Source of the DNA: Polyangia bacterium
GTDB taxonomy: Bacteria > Myxococcota_A > Polyangia > JAAYKL01
Assembly (NCBI GenBank): GCA_050287845.1
Contig: JBNKCR010000055.1
Location: forward strand, 1-64,000
Length of the DNA stretch: 64,000 bases
Reading direction: 5' to 3'
The notes below the pieces were generated by a model. The model saw only the letters and a list, made by a program, of their open reading frames with translations, was not told the DNA's origin and made no database searches. Both the position numbers and the translations under genes were made by a program. Numbering within the stretch: the stretch's first letter is position 1; each line of letters starts with the position of its first letter. Shown piece after piece: positions 16,334-26,944 of the stretch.

Positions 16334-18823
16334 ATGAATTATGTGATTGTTGGTGGTGTAGCAGGAGGCGCAGCCACAGCTGCCAGATTGCGCCGAAACG
16401 ATGAAAAAGCCTCCATTATAATATTTGAACGGGGTGATTATATCTCTTATGCCAACTGCGGCCTGCCCTACTACCTTGGCGAAACGATCAGGGAACGGGA
16501 GAAGCTATTTGTTGAGACCCCCGCAAGTTTTGAAAAAACACTGGATGTGGATGTACGGATTTCTTCGGAAGTCACCGACATTGACCCCCAGACCAGAACC
16601 GTCGGCGTCAAGGATCGGAAGAGTGGACGGGAATACCGGGAACCGTACGATTCGCTGATCCTCTCCCCTGGTGCTGAGCCTTTGAGACCGCCCATTCCCG
16701 GAGTCGATTCCGAGCTGATTTTCACCCTGAGAAACGTTCCCAATGTGGACAAACTGAAGGGATTTGTAGATGAGCGGCAGCCAAAGCGGGCCGTGGTGGT
16801 TGGCGCGGGGTTTATTGGCATGGAAGTGGCTGAAAACCTTTACGATCGCGGCGTGAATGTCACGATAGTGGAGCTTGCGGAGCAGGTGATGTCCCCCCTC
16901 GATTTCGAAATGGCCGCTCAGATTCATGAACACCTGAAGATGAAGCAAGTGGAGTTTTATCTTACCGACGGCGTGAAACAGTTTACCGAGAAGAACGGCA
17001 AGTTGCAGATTCTGCTGAACAGTGGCACCGAAATTCAGGCGGATCTGGCGGTTCTTTCCATTGGCGTCAAGCCGGAAATTTCCCTTGCGGTGAATGCGGG
17101 AATCAGAACCAACCGGGGTATTCTGGTCAATGAGTATATGGAAACCTCAGTAAAAGATATTTATGCGCTGGGAGACGCGGCCGAATTCGTGGGGCCGGTG
17201 ACCGGGAAAAGCGGTATTACCCCTCTTGCCGGCCCAGCGGCAAAACAGGCCCGCATTCTGGCGGACAACCTGGTGTATGGCAGGAAGAAGAAGTACCGGG
17301 GGGCTATCGGGACGGCCATTGCCAAAATCTTTGATATGACCGTTGCGGCTACCGGCACTGCGCAGAAAACCCTGGAAAAGGAAGGAATTCCCACAGTAAG
17401 TGTGATTACTCACGGTCATTCCCACGCGGGATACTACCCCGGTGCGACCCCCATGACGCTGAAGCTGGTTTTCAATCCGGAGGACGGAAAAATTCAGGGC
17501 GCTCAGATTGTGGGGTACGAGGGCGTGGACAAGAGAATTGAAATGATCGCGTCCGTATTGCGTAAAGAGGGTACCATTATTGACCTGACTGAGCTGGAAC
17601 ATGCCTATGCGCCGCCGTACGCTTCCGCCAAAGACCCGGTCAATATTCTGGGATTTACCGCGGAAAATCTGTTTCTGGGAAGAAGCAACCACACACGCTG
17701 GAGAGACCTCAATGGCTGGATGAAGGAAGGCCGGGAGGATTTGTTCCTGCTGGACGTGCGAACTCCGGATGAGTTTGAAATGGGCAGTCTTCCCGGCGCC
17801 GTGAACATTCCCAAAGATGAGATTCGGACGCACATTTCAGATATTCCACAGGGAAAGAAGATTGTCGTCTTCTGCGGTGTCGGTCTCCGTTCGTACCTGG
17901 TGGAACGTATTCTCAGGCAGAAAGGCTTTAAAGACGTCAGTATTCTTTCAGGAGGGCTGAAGGTGTTTAAAGCTGCAGTTCAGGACCAGAATAACTGCGG
18001 TATCTTCAATGAGTTGCAGACCGGATATCAGCCGGAACTGACCGTTGCCGGAACTCCTTCCCTTGCTGCGATGGCTGTTCTGGAAGTGGATGCCTGCGGT
18101 TTGCAGTGTCCGGGGCCGATTATGAAGCTGAAATCTGAAATAGAAAAGATCAGGCCGGGTGAAAGGCTTCTGCAGAAGGCGTCCGATCCGGGGTTTGCCC
18201 GGGATGTGAAGTCCTGGTGCAATATGACAGGACATCGACTGGTCACCCTGAAGGAAGAAAAGGGCGTGATTGAAGCGGTGATTCAGCGTTCCGGTGGAGA
18301 AGAAACCGCTGTGGCCGCAATGTCTGCAGGCATAAAAATGGTTAGCAATAGCGCCAACGAAATGAGTCTCATCTGTTTTTCTGACGATCTGGACAAGGCC
18401 CTGGCCTCTCTGGTCATTGCCAATGGTGCGCTGGCGTCGGGTAAGAAAGTGACTCTTTTCTATACCTTCTGGGGGCTGGACATCATCAAGAAGCGGAAAA
18501 AGCCCCGGGTAAAAAAAAGCATCTCGAATCGGATGTTCAGCATGATGCTGCCCAGTCATAACGGCCGTCTCAGACTTTCCAAACTCGATATGGGCGGAGT
18601 GGGGTCTTCCATGATGAGAGGCATTATGAAGAAGCAGAAAATTAATACCCTTGAGGATATGCTGGAAAATGCGATTCAAGGCGGTGTCTCCATGATAGCC
18701 TGCCAGATGTCGATGGATGTGATGGGGGTAAAAAAAGAAGAACTGCTGGACAATGTTGACATCGGAGGCGTTGCAAACTATCTGGAAGCGGCCAGCGCGG
18801 CGGGAATCAATCTGTTTATCTGA
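16334..18823 (+). CDS. CoA-disulfide/persulfide reductase fused to rhodanese, TusA/SirA and DsrE-like domains
   Basis: GGVAGGA, SYANCGLPY (redox Cys), GAGFIG, AYAPPY, rhodanese FCGVGLRS, TusA CGLQCPGP and DsrE IACQMSMDVMG. Confidence 0.93.
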   Translation: MNYVIVGGVAGGAATAARLRRNDEKASIIIFERGDYISYANCGLPYYLGETIREREKLFVETPASFEKTLDVDVRISSEVTDIDPQTRTVGVKDRKSGREYREPYDSLILSPGAEPLRPPIPGVDSELIFTLRNVPNVDKLKGFVDERQPKRAVVVGAGFIGMEVAENLYDRGVNVTIVELAEQVMSPLDFEMAAQIHEHLKMKQVEFYLTDGVKQFTEKNGKLQILLNSGTEIQADLAVLSIGVKPEISLAVNAGIRTNRGILVNEYMETSVKDIYALGDAAEFVGPVTGKSGITPLAGPAAKQARILADNLVYGRKKKYRGAIGTAIAKIFDMTVAATGTAQKTLEKEGIPTVSVITHGHSHAGYYPGATPMTLKLVFNPEDGKIQGAQIVGYEGVDKRIEMIASVLRKEGTIIDLTELEHAYAPPYASAKDPVNILGFTAENLFLGRSNHTRWRDLNGWMKEGREDLFLLDVRTPDEFEMGSLPGAVNIPKDEIRTHISDIPQGKKIVVFCGVGLRSYLVERILRQKGFKDVSILSGGLKVFKAAVQDQNNCGIFNELQTGYQPELTVAGTPSLAAMAVLEVDACGLQCPGPIMKLKSEIEKIRPGERLLQKASDPGFARDVKSWCNMTGHRLVTLKEEKGVIEAVIQRSGGEETAVAAMSAGIKMVSNSANEMSLICFSDDLDKALASLVIANGALASGKKVTLFYTFWGLDIIKKRKKPRVKKSISNRMFSMMLPSHNGRLRLSKLDMGGVGSSMMRGIMKKQKINTLEDMLENAIQGGVSMIACQMSMDVMGVKKEELLDNVDIGGVANYLEAASAAGINLFI

Positions 18824-18939
18824 CTGCACCCGCTAAAATCGCCAGCAAAATGGCAATGAAACTGGATCATTTTTTTTAAAAATCGATATAGTTGCAGGTG
18901 AATGAACATCGATTCGGTTCCGCAGAAAAGAGAGAATAC

Positions 18940-19341
18940 ATGGAAAAATATGATTACGTTTTTCAGATGTCCGTTCGCGATTACGAGTGCGATTTGCAGG
19001 GCATCGTAAATAACGCCGTGTACCAGAATTATCTCGAACATGTTCGCCACGAGTATTTACGGAGTATTGGTATTGACTTTGCTGAGTATGCCGCCCGGGG
19101 AATCCATTTTGTGGTGGTTCGTGCCGAGTTGGACTACAAGCGCCCGTTGAAGGCAGCGGACAAATTCTGGGTGGGATTGAATTTAAAAAGAGAGAGCCAT
19201 GTCCGGTTCGCATTCCATCAGGACATTTATCGCGCCGAAGACGACCAGCTCGCCGTTGCTGCAAAAATCATCAGTACCGCCCTAAATCAGAACGGACGCC
19301 CCGAAATTCCCGAAGACGTGGAAAGAATCATGCAGAAATAA
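18940..19341 (+). CDS. Acyl-CoA thioesterase (YbgC/FadM hotdog family)
   Basis: VRDYECDLQGIVNNAVYQNYLEHVR and VVRAELDYKRPL. Confidence 0.9.
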   Translation: MEKYDYVFQMSVRDYECDLQGIVNNAVYQNYLEHVRHEYLRSIGIDFAEYAARGIHFVVVRAELDYKRPLKAADKFWVGLNLKRESHVRFAFHQDIYRAEDDQLAVAAKIISTALNQNGRPEIPEDVERIMQK

Positions 19342-19733
19342 ACCGGATCTCCTCGAAATTCATCAAACCGCTACACATCCAAATCATATTCAAAATTGCC
19401 CGGGAATGCGGCGTTCTTTCAGCGATGCAGCTGAAACCGGGATGCGGATTTACCTGAGGACATTTCCTGAGGCAAAGCCTTTTCTGGCTATCACGGCGGC
19501 GTGACTTCCCCTTTTAACCAAATCCGGCAAAAATTTACTGGCCGCTGTCATGAGGAGGAGTACACAGTAATCCGTCTCGAAATGACGTTGGCTCACCATC
19601 ACGGGACCTCACAGAGGCATACGCTGGCCGTTTTCACGACATCGCAATTGCCTGAAAAACCATGAAGATTGATTTTGCCTCGATTTGCTGATATTGGGTC
19701 AGAAACGATATTTATTGGTCCGAAGGAGGCACC

Positions 19734-20186
19734 ATGGGAGTATTAAAGGATAATATTTTGAGTGATGCAAACAGACCCTCAGTGATTAAGGATTGCGTTC
19801 AATTGGTTGACGCTGAAGTAGCTGCAAAAAAAGGTGTGTCCGGAATGATGATCAAGAGCAGTTACAAAATGTTTAAAGCCATCAAACCCACCATTGTGGA
19901 ACATGCGGTGGAAACCCTCTTACCGGCCTTTGCAGAAAGGCTGGACATCCAATACGACAAGTATCTGGCCGCCGTTCCCGATAAGACCCAGCCATTCGAT
20001 CGCTGGGCCATCGCCAGAGACAAAGATATCGCAAACCAGTTGCTCGGCGTCACCGACGACATCATCAACCGCTCTGACAAAACGGCCATTAAAAAAATCT
20101 ATAACGGCCTACGCGGTATTGCAGAAAAAAATGTAACCGCCGCCATCCCCGCCGTCGGTAAACTGGTCATGAAATACGGCAGTTGA
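19734..20186 (+). CDS. Conserved hypothetical protein (DUF6918-like)
   Basis: AAGGAGG RBS and the pattern DCVQLVDAEVAAKKGVSGMMIK…LLGVTD…KKIYNGLR…AEKNV..AIP. Confidence 0.7.
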   Translation: MGVLKDNILSDANRPSVIKDCVQLVDAEVAAKKGVSGMMIKSSYKMFKAIKPTIVEHAVETLLPAFAERLDIQYDKYLAAVPDKTQPFDRWAIARDKDIANQLLGVTDDIINRSDKTAIKKIYNGLRGIAEKNVTAAIPAVGKLVMKYGS

Positions 20187-20349
20187 TTCCCCGTTCCCCC
20201 ATGCCGGTACAGGATTTCATGCCTGCCCACACTGGATTTATTCCCTGTTGGATGTTCTGAATAACTCAGTCCGATGCTTCCTTGAAATTCTGTGCCGAAC
20301 ATGATTAGGTTTTTTCCAGATTTCACCCATCATCTGAAAATGGATCACT

Positions 20350-21684
20350 ATGAAGCACCCACACACCAGAACAGCAATTTTTATTTCGATTACTTCAATT
20401 CTGCTATGGGGAATCACTGCATTTGCCGGCAAATGGCCGTGGCAGCGGCGTATCGGCAAAGATGTGGAAATCCATCATAAACTGCAGCACGATAGTCGGG
20501 TGCGCCCCGAAATGTGGCCCGGAGAACCGAAAACGCCAAGCCCCATCAACGACGAACGGTTCACTCACGCGTTGCGGACTATCTGCGGTGACAGGCGGCT
20601 GGGGGCGGAACGGGGCCAGAAATTCGCAGCGGCCATCCTCGACCACGCCAACGAATTTGGCGTTGACCCGTTTCTCATTGCCGGTCTCATTTACGATCAA
20701 TCCCGCTGCCTTCCCAAACAACCTGACAATGAGACGTTCCGGTTCGGGTTAAGCCGTATCGATGTGGCCATGCATGCTCCTCACATTCGGGGAAAACAGT
20801 ACCGCTACTGGGTGCTCGAAAACGATAAATGGGTCGCCAAATCCCTGCCCGCGGACAAGTACACATTCAATCAGTGGAAAGCGACCAATCCGCTCTCCAA
20901 CATTTATTGGACAGCGGCCATCCTGAGTGTTTTCAAAACACAGCACGAAAGCCTCGCCAGGGCATTTCAGCAGGGATTTCAGCATGCAACATACCGCCAC
21001 TATGTATCTCACTGGTTCTTCGGAGACAATGTACAATCATCCGAACCCGAAGACCGGGTGCTCACTGCCCGCAGGCGCCTTCTTGAATACTACCACGGGA
21101 CCCCTGCGACAGCCGCCGGAACATACCACGGAATACCACTCGTCTCTCCTCTCAGCGGAGTTCCCCGCATGATTCTGGATGAATTCGGACGGTGGCGGGG
21201 AAAACGAAAAACCGGGTATCGGCACAGTGGCATGGACCTGGTGGCTGAGCTGGACGAGCCGGTATATGCGGTGGCCGACGGAAAAACGGTCTTTGTGGGG
21301 GTGGATATACCCAACTCGGGGTCCCGGCGGATGACCGCCGAGGCAGCTACCGGATTTGACCCGCGCCAGATGGGCGCTGGCGGCCGATACGTCGCCATCA
21401 ACCACGGCGGTGGCCTGCGTTCCTATTATATGCACCTGGACACGATTACAGTGGAAGACTGGACAGACGTGAAGGCGGGGGACGTCATCGGGACGGTGGG
21501 ACGCAGCGGATCAGCGCAATCAGGTCCACACCTCCATCTGGAATTCCGGACCGAAAACGGGCGTATCGATCCCGCCGAGTACTTGACTGAAGTGCTTATC
21601 GATCCCCGGAACTGGGCTTCCGCACCAAAGAACAACCTTTTCCGAAGCAACAGTACTGCCCCGGGAAACGGGACGGTGGAATAA
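20350..21684 (+). CDS. Secreted M23 metallopeptidase with an N-terminal SLT-like domain
   Basis: Signal peptide; M23 motifs HSGMD, YMHLD and GPHLHLEFR; N-terminal FGVDPFLIAGLIYDQS…GLSRI…NPLSNI. Confidence 0.85.
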   Translation: MKHPHTRTAIFISITSILLWGITAFAGKWPWQRRIGKDVEIHHKLQHDSRVRPEMWPGEPKTPSPINDERFTHALRTICGDRRLGAERGQKFAAAILDHANEFGVDPFLIAGLIYDQSRCLPKQPDNETFRFGLSRIDVAMHAPHIRGKQYRYWVLENDKWVAKSLPADKYTFNQWKATNPLSNIYWTAAILSVFKTQHESLARAFQQGFQHATYRHYVSHWFFGDNVQSSEPEDRVLTARRRLLEYYHGTPATAAGTYHGIPLVSPLSGVPRMILDEFGRWRGKRKTGYRHSGMDLVAELDEPVYAVADGKTVFVGVDIPNSGSRRMTAEAATGFDPRQMGAGGRYVAINHGGGLRSYYMHLDTITVEDWTDVKAGDVIGTVGRSGSAQSGPHLHLEFRTENGRIDPAEYLTEVLIDPRNWASAPKNNLFRSNSTAPGNGTVE

Positions 21685-21785
21685 TATCGACACCCAAAAC
21701 GCTCAAATTCTGTTTGTCTTGAAATTGAAATACGTTAAGTTGCGGTCACTATGTACAATGGAGAGTCCGAAACCAAATCAGCGGA

Positions 21786-23081
21786 ATGGATGCATCTATG
21801 AATGAATACAGCAATCCGGAATTACTTCAGGTGGAGACCTGCGCAGTTCAGCGATTTTTGAAATATGTGACAATTGAAACCACCGCCAATGCCGACGCGT
21901 TGAAGTCCCCATCCAGTGACGGACAGCGAATTCTCGGCGGCCTGCTGGTGGACGAGCTGAAATCCATCGGTCTTCCGGATGCATCCCTGGATGGTAACGG
22001 ATATGTGATGGGCACTTTGCCTGGCGCCGAAGATCATACCATTGGTCTTATCGCACATATGGATACATCCGATGCATTCAGCGGCAGAAACGTTCAGCCA
22101 GTGGTACACCACAGCTATTCCGGCGAACCCATTGTTCTTAAAAACGAGGTAACGCTCTCGCCACAGACAGATCCCGAGCTGTCCCGATGTGTCGGGCACA
22201 CCCTCATCACCACCGACGGCACAACCCTCCTCGGCGCCGATGACAAAGCCGGGATAGCCATCATCATGGGAGTGCTCGAATATCTGCACAGACACCCGGA
22301 AGTGCCCCATCCCACCATCCGGGTCTGTTTCACGCCGGACGAAGAAATCGGAAGGGGGACCGATCATTTCCCGATTGACGAATTCGACGCAGATTTTGCC
22401 ATCACCGTGGATGGAACATTCGCCGGAGAATTGAACTTCGAAACGTTCGAAGCCTACAGTATTGATGTCGCGTTCACCGGTGTGTCCGTCCATCCGGGGC
22501 AAGCCAAAGGATCCATGGTGAATGCGCTCCGCTATCTGGGGGAATTTCTGCACCGGTTGCCTGTCGACAAGAGCCCGGAAACCACTGAAAAGCGGGAGGG
22601 CTTCATTCATCCGGTCACGGTATCCGGCGATGCGGCCAGTTGCCGGGCCCACCTGATAATCCGTGATTTCACCGAGTCCGGAGTGCAGGCACTGTGCCGG
22701 ATGGTTGAATCAATTGTGGCAGATATCATGCAGATGGAACCGCGACTGAAAGTGAAGACGGTTACACAATTCAATTATCCCAACATGATAAAATATGTGG
22801 AACCCCATGAAGATCTTGTCACGAACCTCAAAACTGCTGTAAAAAAAGCAGGTATCTCTCCATCCCCTGTTCCCATCCGAGGGGGTACGGATGGAGCCAA
22901 CTTATGCAGGAAAGGACTTGTGACGCCCAATCTCTTTACGGGAGCTGTGAATCTGCACGGTCCCAGAGAATGGGTGTCGGTAACCAATATGGGATATTCA
23001 TTTTGTGCAATCATGAATTTGCTTGGAATGTATGTATCCCGAAATGCTGCTTCCTCCTCCCCTCGGAGTTCGGATGAGTAG
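21786..23081 (+). CDS. pepT: Peptidase T (tripeptidase, M20B)
   Basis: RFLKYVTIET, IAHMDTS, TDGTTLLGADDKAG, FTPDEEIGRG, HPGQAKG.MVNA and PIRGGTDG. Alternative start at 21798. Confidence 0.95.
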   Translation: MDASMNEYSNPELLQVETCAVQRFLKYVTIETTANADALKSPSSDGQRILGGLLVDELKSIGLPDASLDGNGYVMGTLPGAEDHTIGLIAHMDTSDAFSGRNVQPVVHHSYSGEPIVLKNEVTLSPQTDPELSRCVGHTLITTDGTTLLGADDKAGIAIIMGVLEYLHRHPEVPHPTIRVCFTPDEEIGRGTDHFPIDEFDADFAITVDGTFAGELNFETFEAYSIDVAFTGVSVHPGQAKGSMVNALRYLGEFLHRLPVDKSPETTEKREGFIHPVTVSGDAASCRAHLIIRDFTESGVQALCRMVESIVADIMQMEPRLKVKTVTQFNYPNMIKYVEPHEDLVTNLKTAVKKAGISPSPVPIRGGTDGANLCRKGLVTPNLFTGAVNLHGPREWVSVTNMGYSFCAIMNLLGMYVSRNAASSSPRSSDE

Positions 23082-24963
23082 CGATACCGAACAATCTCCA
23101 CAGGTGGTTACCCGGACGATACTGGATACCCAGACATCTGTCAGAGAAAAAGTCGATGCCGTCTCCATTCCGCCGTCCCAGAACATCATCGGCACAGTGG
23201 TAGATGAAAAATACGAGCTGTTGGAGCAACTGGGCGAAGGGGGCATGGGGCACGTGTATCGCGCCCGACACGTACTGATGGGCAAGGAGTTTGCGGTAAA
23301 ACTGATTCACGCGGAACTCGCCCAGGTAAACGACATTATGCAACGGTTTAAGCGGGAGGCGCGGTCGTCCAGTCTGCTGAATCACCCCAACTGCATCTCG
23401 GTTACTGATTTTGGTACCCACAAGTATCACAATATTCGGCAACTCTATCTTGTGATGGAGCTCCTCGAAGGGGAAGACCTCGATTACCTGTTGCACCGAC
23501 AGAAGAAAATCCCCACGGAAAAGGCGGTTGAGATTGTACGCCAAATACTGAAAGGGCTTGGACATGCCCATGAGCAGGGGGTAATTCACCGGGATCTGAA
23601 GCCTGAAAACATTTTTCTGGTCACCGGACGCAACGGTGAGGAAACCGTGAAAATCCTTGACTTCGGCATCGCCAAGATGTCCGGTGGACAGGGAGATGGC
23701 GACAAACTGACCAAGACAGGTGTAGTGTTTGGAACGCCAAAATACCTCTCGCCGGAGCAGGCGCTGGGAGACAGCGTTGACCACCGTTCAGACCTGTATA
23801 CCGTGGGGGTCCTGTTGTTCGAAATGCTCACGGGCGAACCGCCGTTCACCGGAAAAACCGTGATGGACGTCATGTCAGCGCATCTGACTACACCGCCTCC
23901 AAAGCTGGGCAGATACGGCAGTTACCCCCGGGGAATGCAACGAATCATTCAAAAAGCAATGGCCAAAAAGCCACAGCATCGCTTCAGGAATGCGGAGCAC
24001 TTTCTGAAAGCCCTGGAAGAAATCGACTACAGCGACAATTCTGCGCCCACGATGGTGGTCGATCACGTATCCGACAAACGCCTTGTCAGCAAACTGAAAA
24101 CCGCCTTTTCGACGTTCAGAACCAAACTTATCCTTGCATTGATCCTTCTGGCAATCTGCGCAGGGATATTGGGCTATCTCACGCTGAGGACCGCCCCCGC
24201 CGATTCCAAAACGCGGCTGTCCGTTCCTGCCAGACCAGCAGCGCCATCCACACCTGCCCCCGCCCCCGAGAATTCGGACAGTCTGAAGATTGAGCAACTG
24301 ATTGAAGAAGCCAGCGATGAACTGGATGCCAAAAATTATAAAGAAGCGGAAGTCCTGTGCCGCAGAGCCCTTCGGGCCGATGCGAAAAACGCGGACATCC
24401 GGATGATGTTGGGGCATATCCTGTTTGAATCCGGAAAACTGGTGAGCGGCATATATCAGTATCAGCAAGCCATCGACACCGATGCCAGACAAGCTGAGAA
24501 TGTACGGTTCCGGGCAAATATGCGCGATGGGCTCCAGTGGGAAACCATCCGAAAAAAATCAGCGTTGATGCTTGCAGAATACGGGGGCCCCGAAGACATG
24601 GAAAAACTGGTGGAACTGGCCAGCTCGGCCCTGACCGCAGGAGATGTCCGACGGGACATTCGCACGATACTGGAGCGAGTCGGCAAATCGGACCGGGTGG
24701 ACTGGGTGTCCAGTCTTCAGGCAGACTTTCGCGAGCAGAAAACCTGCAAGGAACGAATTGCCATCCTTGCGCAGATGGTACAGCTCAAGGATGCTGCATT
24801 CATTCCGTTTCTCGAAAAATTTGAGATACAGGGCAAACGAAAAAACAACAGGAACCATCCCAACTGGTGTTTTCAGACAAATCTGAAATATGTGATTAAA
24901 ACACTCTCAGCGGAAACTGTCGAACCGCCACCACCACTTTCAGGGGAGACCACTGACAAATGA
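23074..24963 (+). CDS. Hanks-type Ser/Thr protein kinase with a TM helix and a periplasmic TPR-like domain
   Basis: LGEGGMG, AVK, HRDLKPEN, DFG, GTPKYLSPEQ and TM LILALILLAICAGILGYL. ATG 23074 overlaps the end of pepT. Confidence 0.93.
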   Translation: MSSDTEQSPQVVTRTILDTQTSVREKVDAVSIPPSQNIIGTVVDEKYELLEQLGEGGMGHVYRARHVLMGKEFAVKLIHAELAQVNDIMQRFKREARSSSLLNHPNCISVTDFGTHKYHNIRQLYLVMELLEGEDLDYLLHRQKKIPTEKAVEIVRQILKGLGHAHEQGVIHRDLKPENIFLVTGRNGEETVKILDFGIAKMSGGQGDGDKLTKTGVVFGTPKYLSPEQALGDSVDHRSDLYTVGVLLFEMLTGEPPFTGKTVMDVMSAHLTTPPPKLGRYGSYPRGMQRIIQKAMAKKPQHRFRNAEHFLKALEEIDYSDNSAPTMVVDHVSDKRLVSKLKTAFSTFRTKLILALILLAICAGILGYLTLRTAPADSKTRLSVPARPAAPSTPAPAPENSDSLKIEQLIEEASDELDAKNYKEAEVLCRRALRADAKNADIRMMLGHILFESGKLVSGIYQYQQAIDTDARQAENVRFRANMRDGLQWETIRKKSALMLAEYGGPEDMEKLVELASSALTAGDVRRDIRTILERVGKSDRVDWVSSLQADFREQKTCKERIAILAQMVQLKDAAFIPFLEKFEIQGKRKNNRNHPNWCFQTNLKYVIKTLSAETVEPPPPLSGETTDK

Positions 24964-25625
24964 TTTTTAATGGCATCAAACTGCTTATTCATCCGAGACA
25001 AACATGGGAACGCCACCTCAGCAATCAGTCCAGCCATGCAACCAGTCTGGCTGCGGCTGCATTTTCGGCGGCCGTTCTCCCCACCACCGCGGTGGTTCTC
25101 GGGCATCTGTTCAGCGCGAAACTGGGATTCACCGATCATACAACCGCCATTCAACGTGCCGCAATCGGCTTTGTATCCGTATCGATCGGTGCGCTGGTGA
25201 TGATTCCCTCCCTGGCCCTGTTGCTTTTGCGAATCGGCACCAATGCCCGCATCGACATGACATCAGAGAAAGCATCAGCAGCTGCCATGGCGCTGGTATG
25301 GGCCACCTGGATATGTGGCGTCATCATGATGCTTCCCCCGCTTTTAAACCTGAGGCCTGAACTGGGAGAATTTGCGTGGTACATTATTGGGTTGTTCGCT
25401 GCCTGGCGGGTGCTTTCCCAGAGCGTCGGAAGTGGTCTGAAAGTCAGTCGTCGATGGCGGAACAGATTTCAATTCGAAGCCTTAGTCGCGTTTTCGGTTC
25501 TTTTTATTGCGGTGCCTATTCTGCCACCGCTTCTGATGCGCACACTGGTCGGAGTTACCGGTCAGGTAATTTACGGTGCGCCCCCTGACATCCTGTGGCC
25601 GCATCCGCCCACACCTGAATGGTAA
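24960..25625 (+). CDS. Integral membrane protein, Yip1-like
   Basis: LLIHPRQTWE at the N-terminus, about five TM segments, and an ATGA overlap with the kinase gene. Confidence 0.6.
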   Translation: MIFNGIKLLIHPRQTWERHLSNQSSHATSLAAAAFSAAVLPTTAVVLGHLFSAKLGFTDHTTAIQRAAIGFVSVSIGALVMIPSLALLLLRIGTNARIDMTSEKASAAAMALVWATWICGVIMMLPPLLNLRPELGEFAWYIIGLFAAWRVLSQSVGSGLKVSRRWRNRFQFEALVAFSVLFIAVPILPPLLMRTLVGVTGQVIYGAPPDILWPHPPTPEW

Positions 25626-26479
25626 ACATGCTCGATTTACATACCCACTCCACGGCTTCAGATGGTAGTCTCTCACCTGCCGCCCTTGTTCAACTCGCAA
25701 AGAAAATAAATCTGACGGCAATTGCCCTGTGTGATCACGACACCACGTCCGGACTGACAGAGGCAAATTCCACCGCGGAACAGATTGGTCAGGAATTTGT
25801 TCCGGGAATCGAGCTTTCAGCCACATGGCAGGACATCACTGTCCATATCGTCGGTTTATACGTGAATCCCGAAAATTCAACACTGCAGGAAATACTGTCG
25901 CGGACCCGGTGCATGCGAAACGAACGCAATCCCCGAATTATTGCTGCGCTGCAGCGCCTGGGTATAGACATCACAATGGTGGATGTGACATCCGATGTTC
26001 AGGGCGACGCGGTTGGCAGACCTCATATTGCCAGACAGCTGATACGTAAAGGCGTTGTGAAATCAACGGACGAAGCGTTCAAAAAATATCTGGGTGCCGG
26101 GGCGCCCGCCCATGTCCCCAAAGAACGTCTCCACGCATCAATGGCCATTGAAACAATTCGAAAGGCGGGCGGTGTTCCCATCCTCGCGCACCCGCATCAG
26201 ACCAGCTTGCCAACCGCGGCGCTGGACCCTTTCGTTGGTGAACTGACCGATCTGGGCCTGCTCGGCATCGAAGTATTCTGTTCCGGATACAACAGCAACC
26301 GAGTTGCGGCGTACACTCGAATCGCCAGACGGCATGGTCTGGTGCGCAGCGGCGGCTCGGATTTTCACGGCAGCGCCAAACCCTTAATCCGTCTCGGCCG
26401 AGGTATTGGCAATTTGTATATCAGGGATGACCTGCTCGACCCCATCAAACAAACAGCAATGTCGCTGCGTCGCCAATAG
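25619..26479 (+). CDS. PHP-domain metal-dependent phosphoesterase (TrpH/YciV-like)
   Basis: DLHTHSTASDG, ALCDHDT, GIELS, VHIVGL, GRPHIA, LAHP and GGSDFHG. Confidence 0.92.
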   Translation: MVNMLDLHTHSTASDGSLSPAALVQLAKKINLTAIALCDHDTTSGLTEANSTAEQIGQEFVPGIELSATWQDITVHIVGLYVNPENSTLQEILSRTRCMRNERNPRIIAALQRLGIDITMVDVTSDVQGDAVGRPHIARQLIRKGVVKSTDEAFKKYLGAGAPAHVPKERLHASMAIETIRKAGGVPILAHPHQTSLPTAALDPFVGELTDLGLLGIEVFCSGYNSNRVAAYTRIARRHGLVRSGGSDFHGSAKPLIRLGRGIGNLYIRDDLLDPIKQTAMSLRRQ

Positions 26480-26569
26480 AATGACATCCCCCGCAGAAAC
26501 GCCGGAATCAGAGCACAGCGTGCAGAGCAGGAAATGAATACGTTTTTGAATGTGGGTCCCTCCGTGAAT

Positions 26570-26944
26570 TCAAGCCCGCGCGTCTTTGATGGCCTGAATG
26601 GCATCCTCCACGGTGGCAGCTTCGGCGGAAGCGGCATTATACCGCACACCGCTGGTCTTAATATAAATACTCACTGTAAGTTCCGGATTTACGCGATACC
26701 CATATCGGATATAATCTTTATTGATTCTGGCGCGAAACTCCCCCCAGTGGGATGCAATGGTGGATTCCACCTTGAATTCATCAAGAATCATGATGACGTC
26801 CATTTTCCGTTCGAATTGCTTCAAGTAGTTGATCCATTGGTTATACCAGACCTCGCAGTCGTCCTCATCCTTAATGTGCCAAACGGGCGTCGCCAGCACG
26901 ATGTCATTTTCCTTGTCATATTCAAATTTCATTTTGCCTGGCAT
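26570..26944 (-). CDS. Hypothetical protein (possibly STAS/SEC14-like fold)
   Basis: 124-aa ORF with an AAGGAGG RBS and plausible coding composition. The fold assignment is a guess. Confidence 0.6.
   Translation of the reverse strand: MPGKMKFEYDKENDIVLATPVWHIKDEDDCEVWYNQWINYLKQFERKMDVIMILDEFKVESTIASHWGEFRARINKDYIRYGYRVNPELTVSIYIKTSGVRYNAASAEAATVEDAIQAIKDARA

Noticed and set aside
19342..19733. 390-bp gap with a short direct repeat (CCTGAGG x2) as an sRNA or gene
   Set aside because: No credible ORF, recognisable remnant or strong structure was found.
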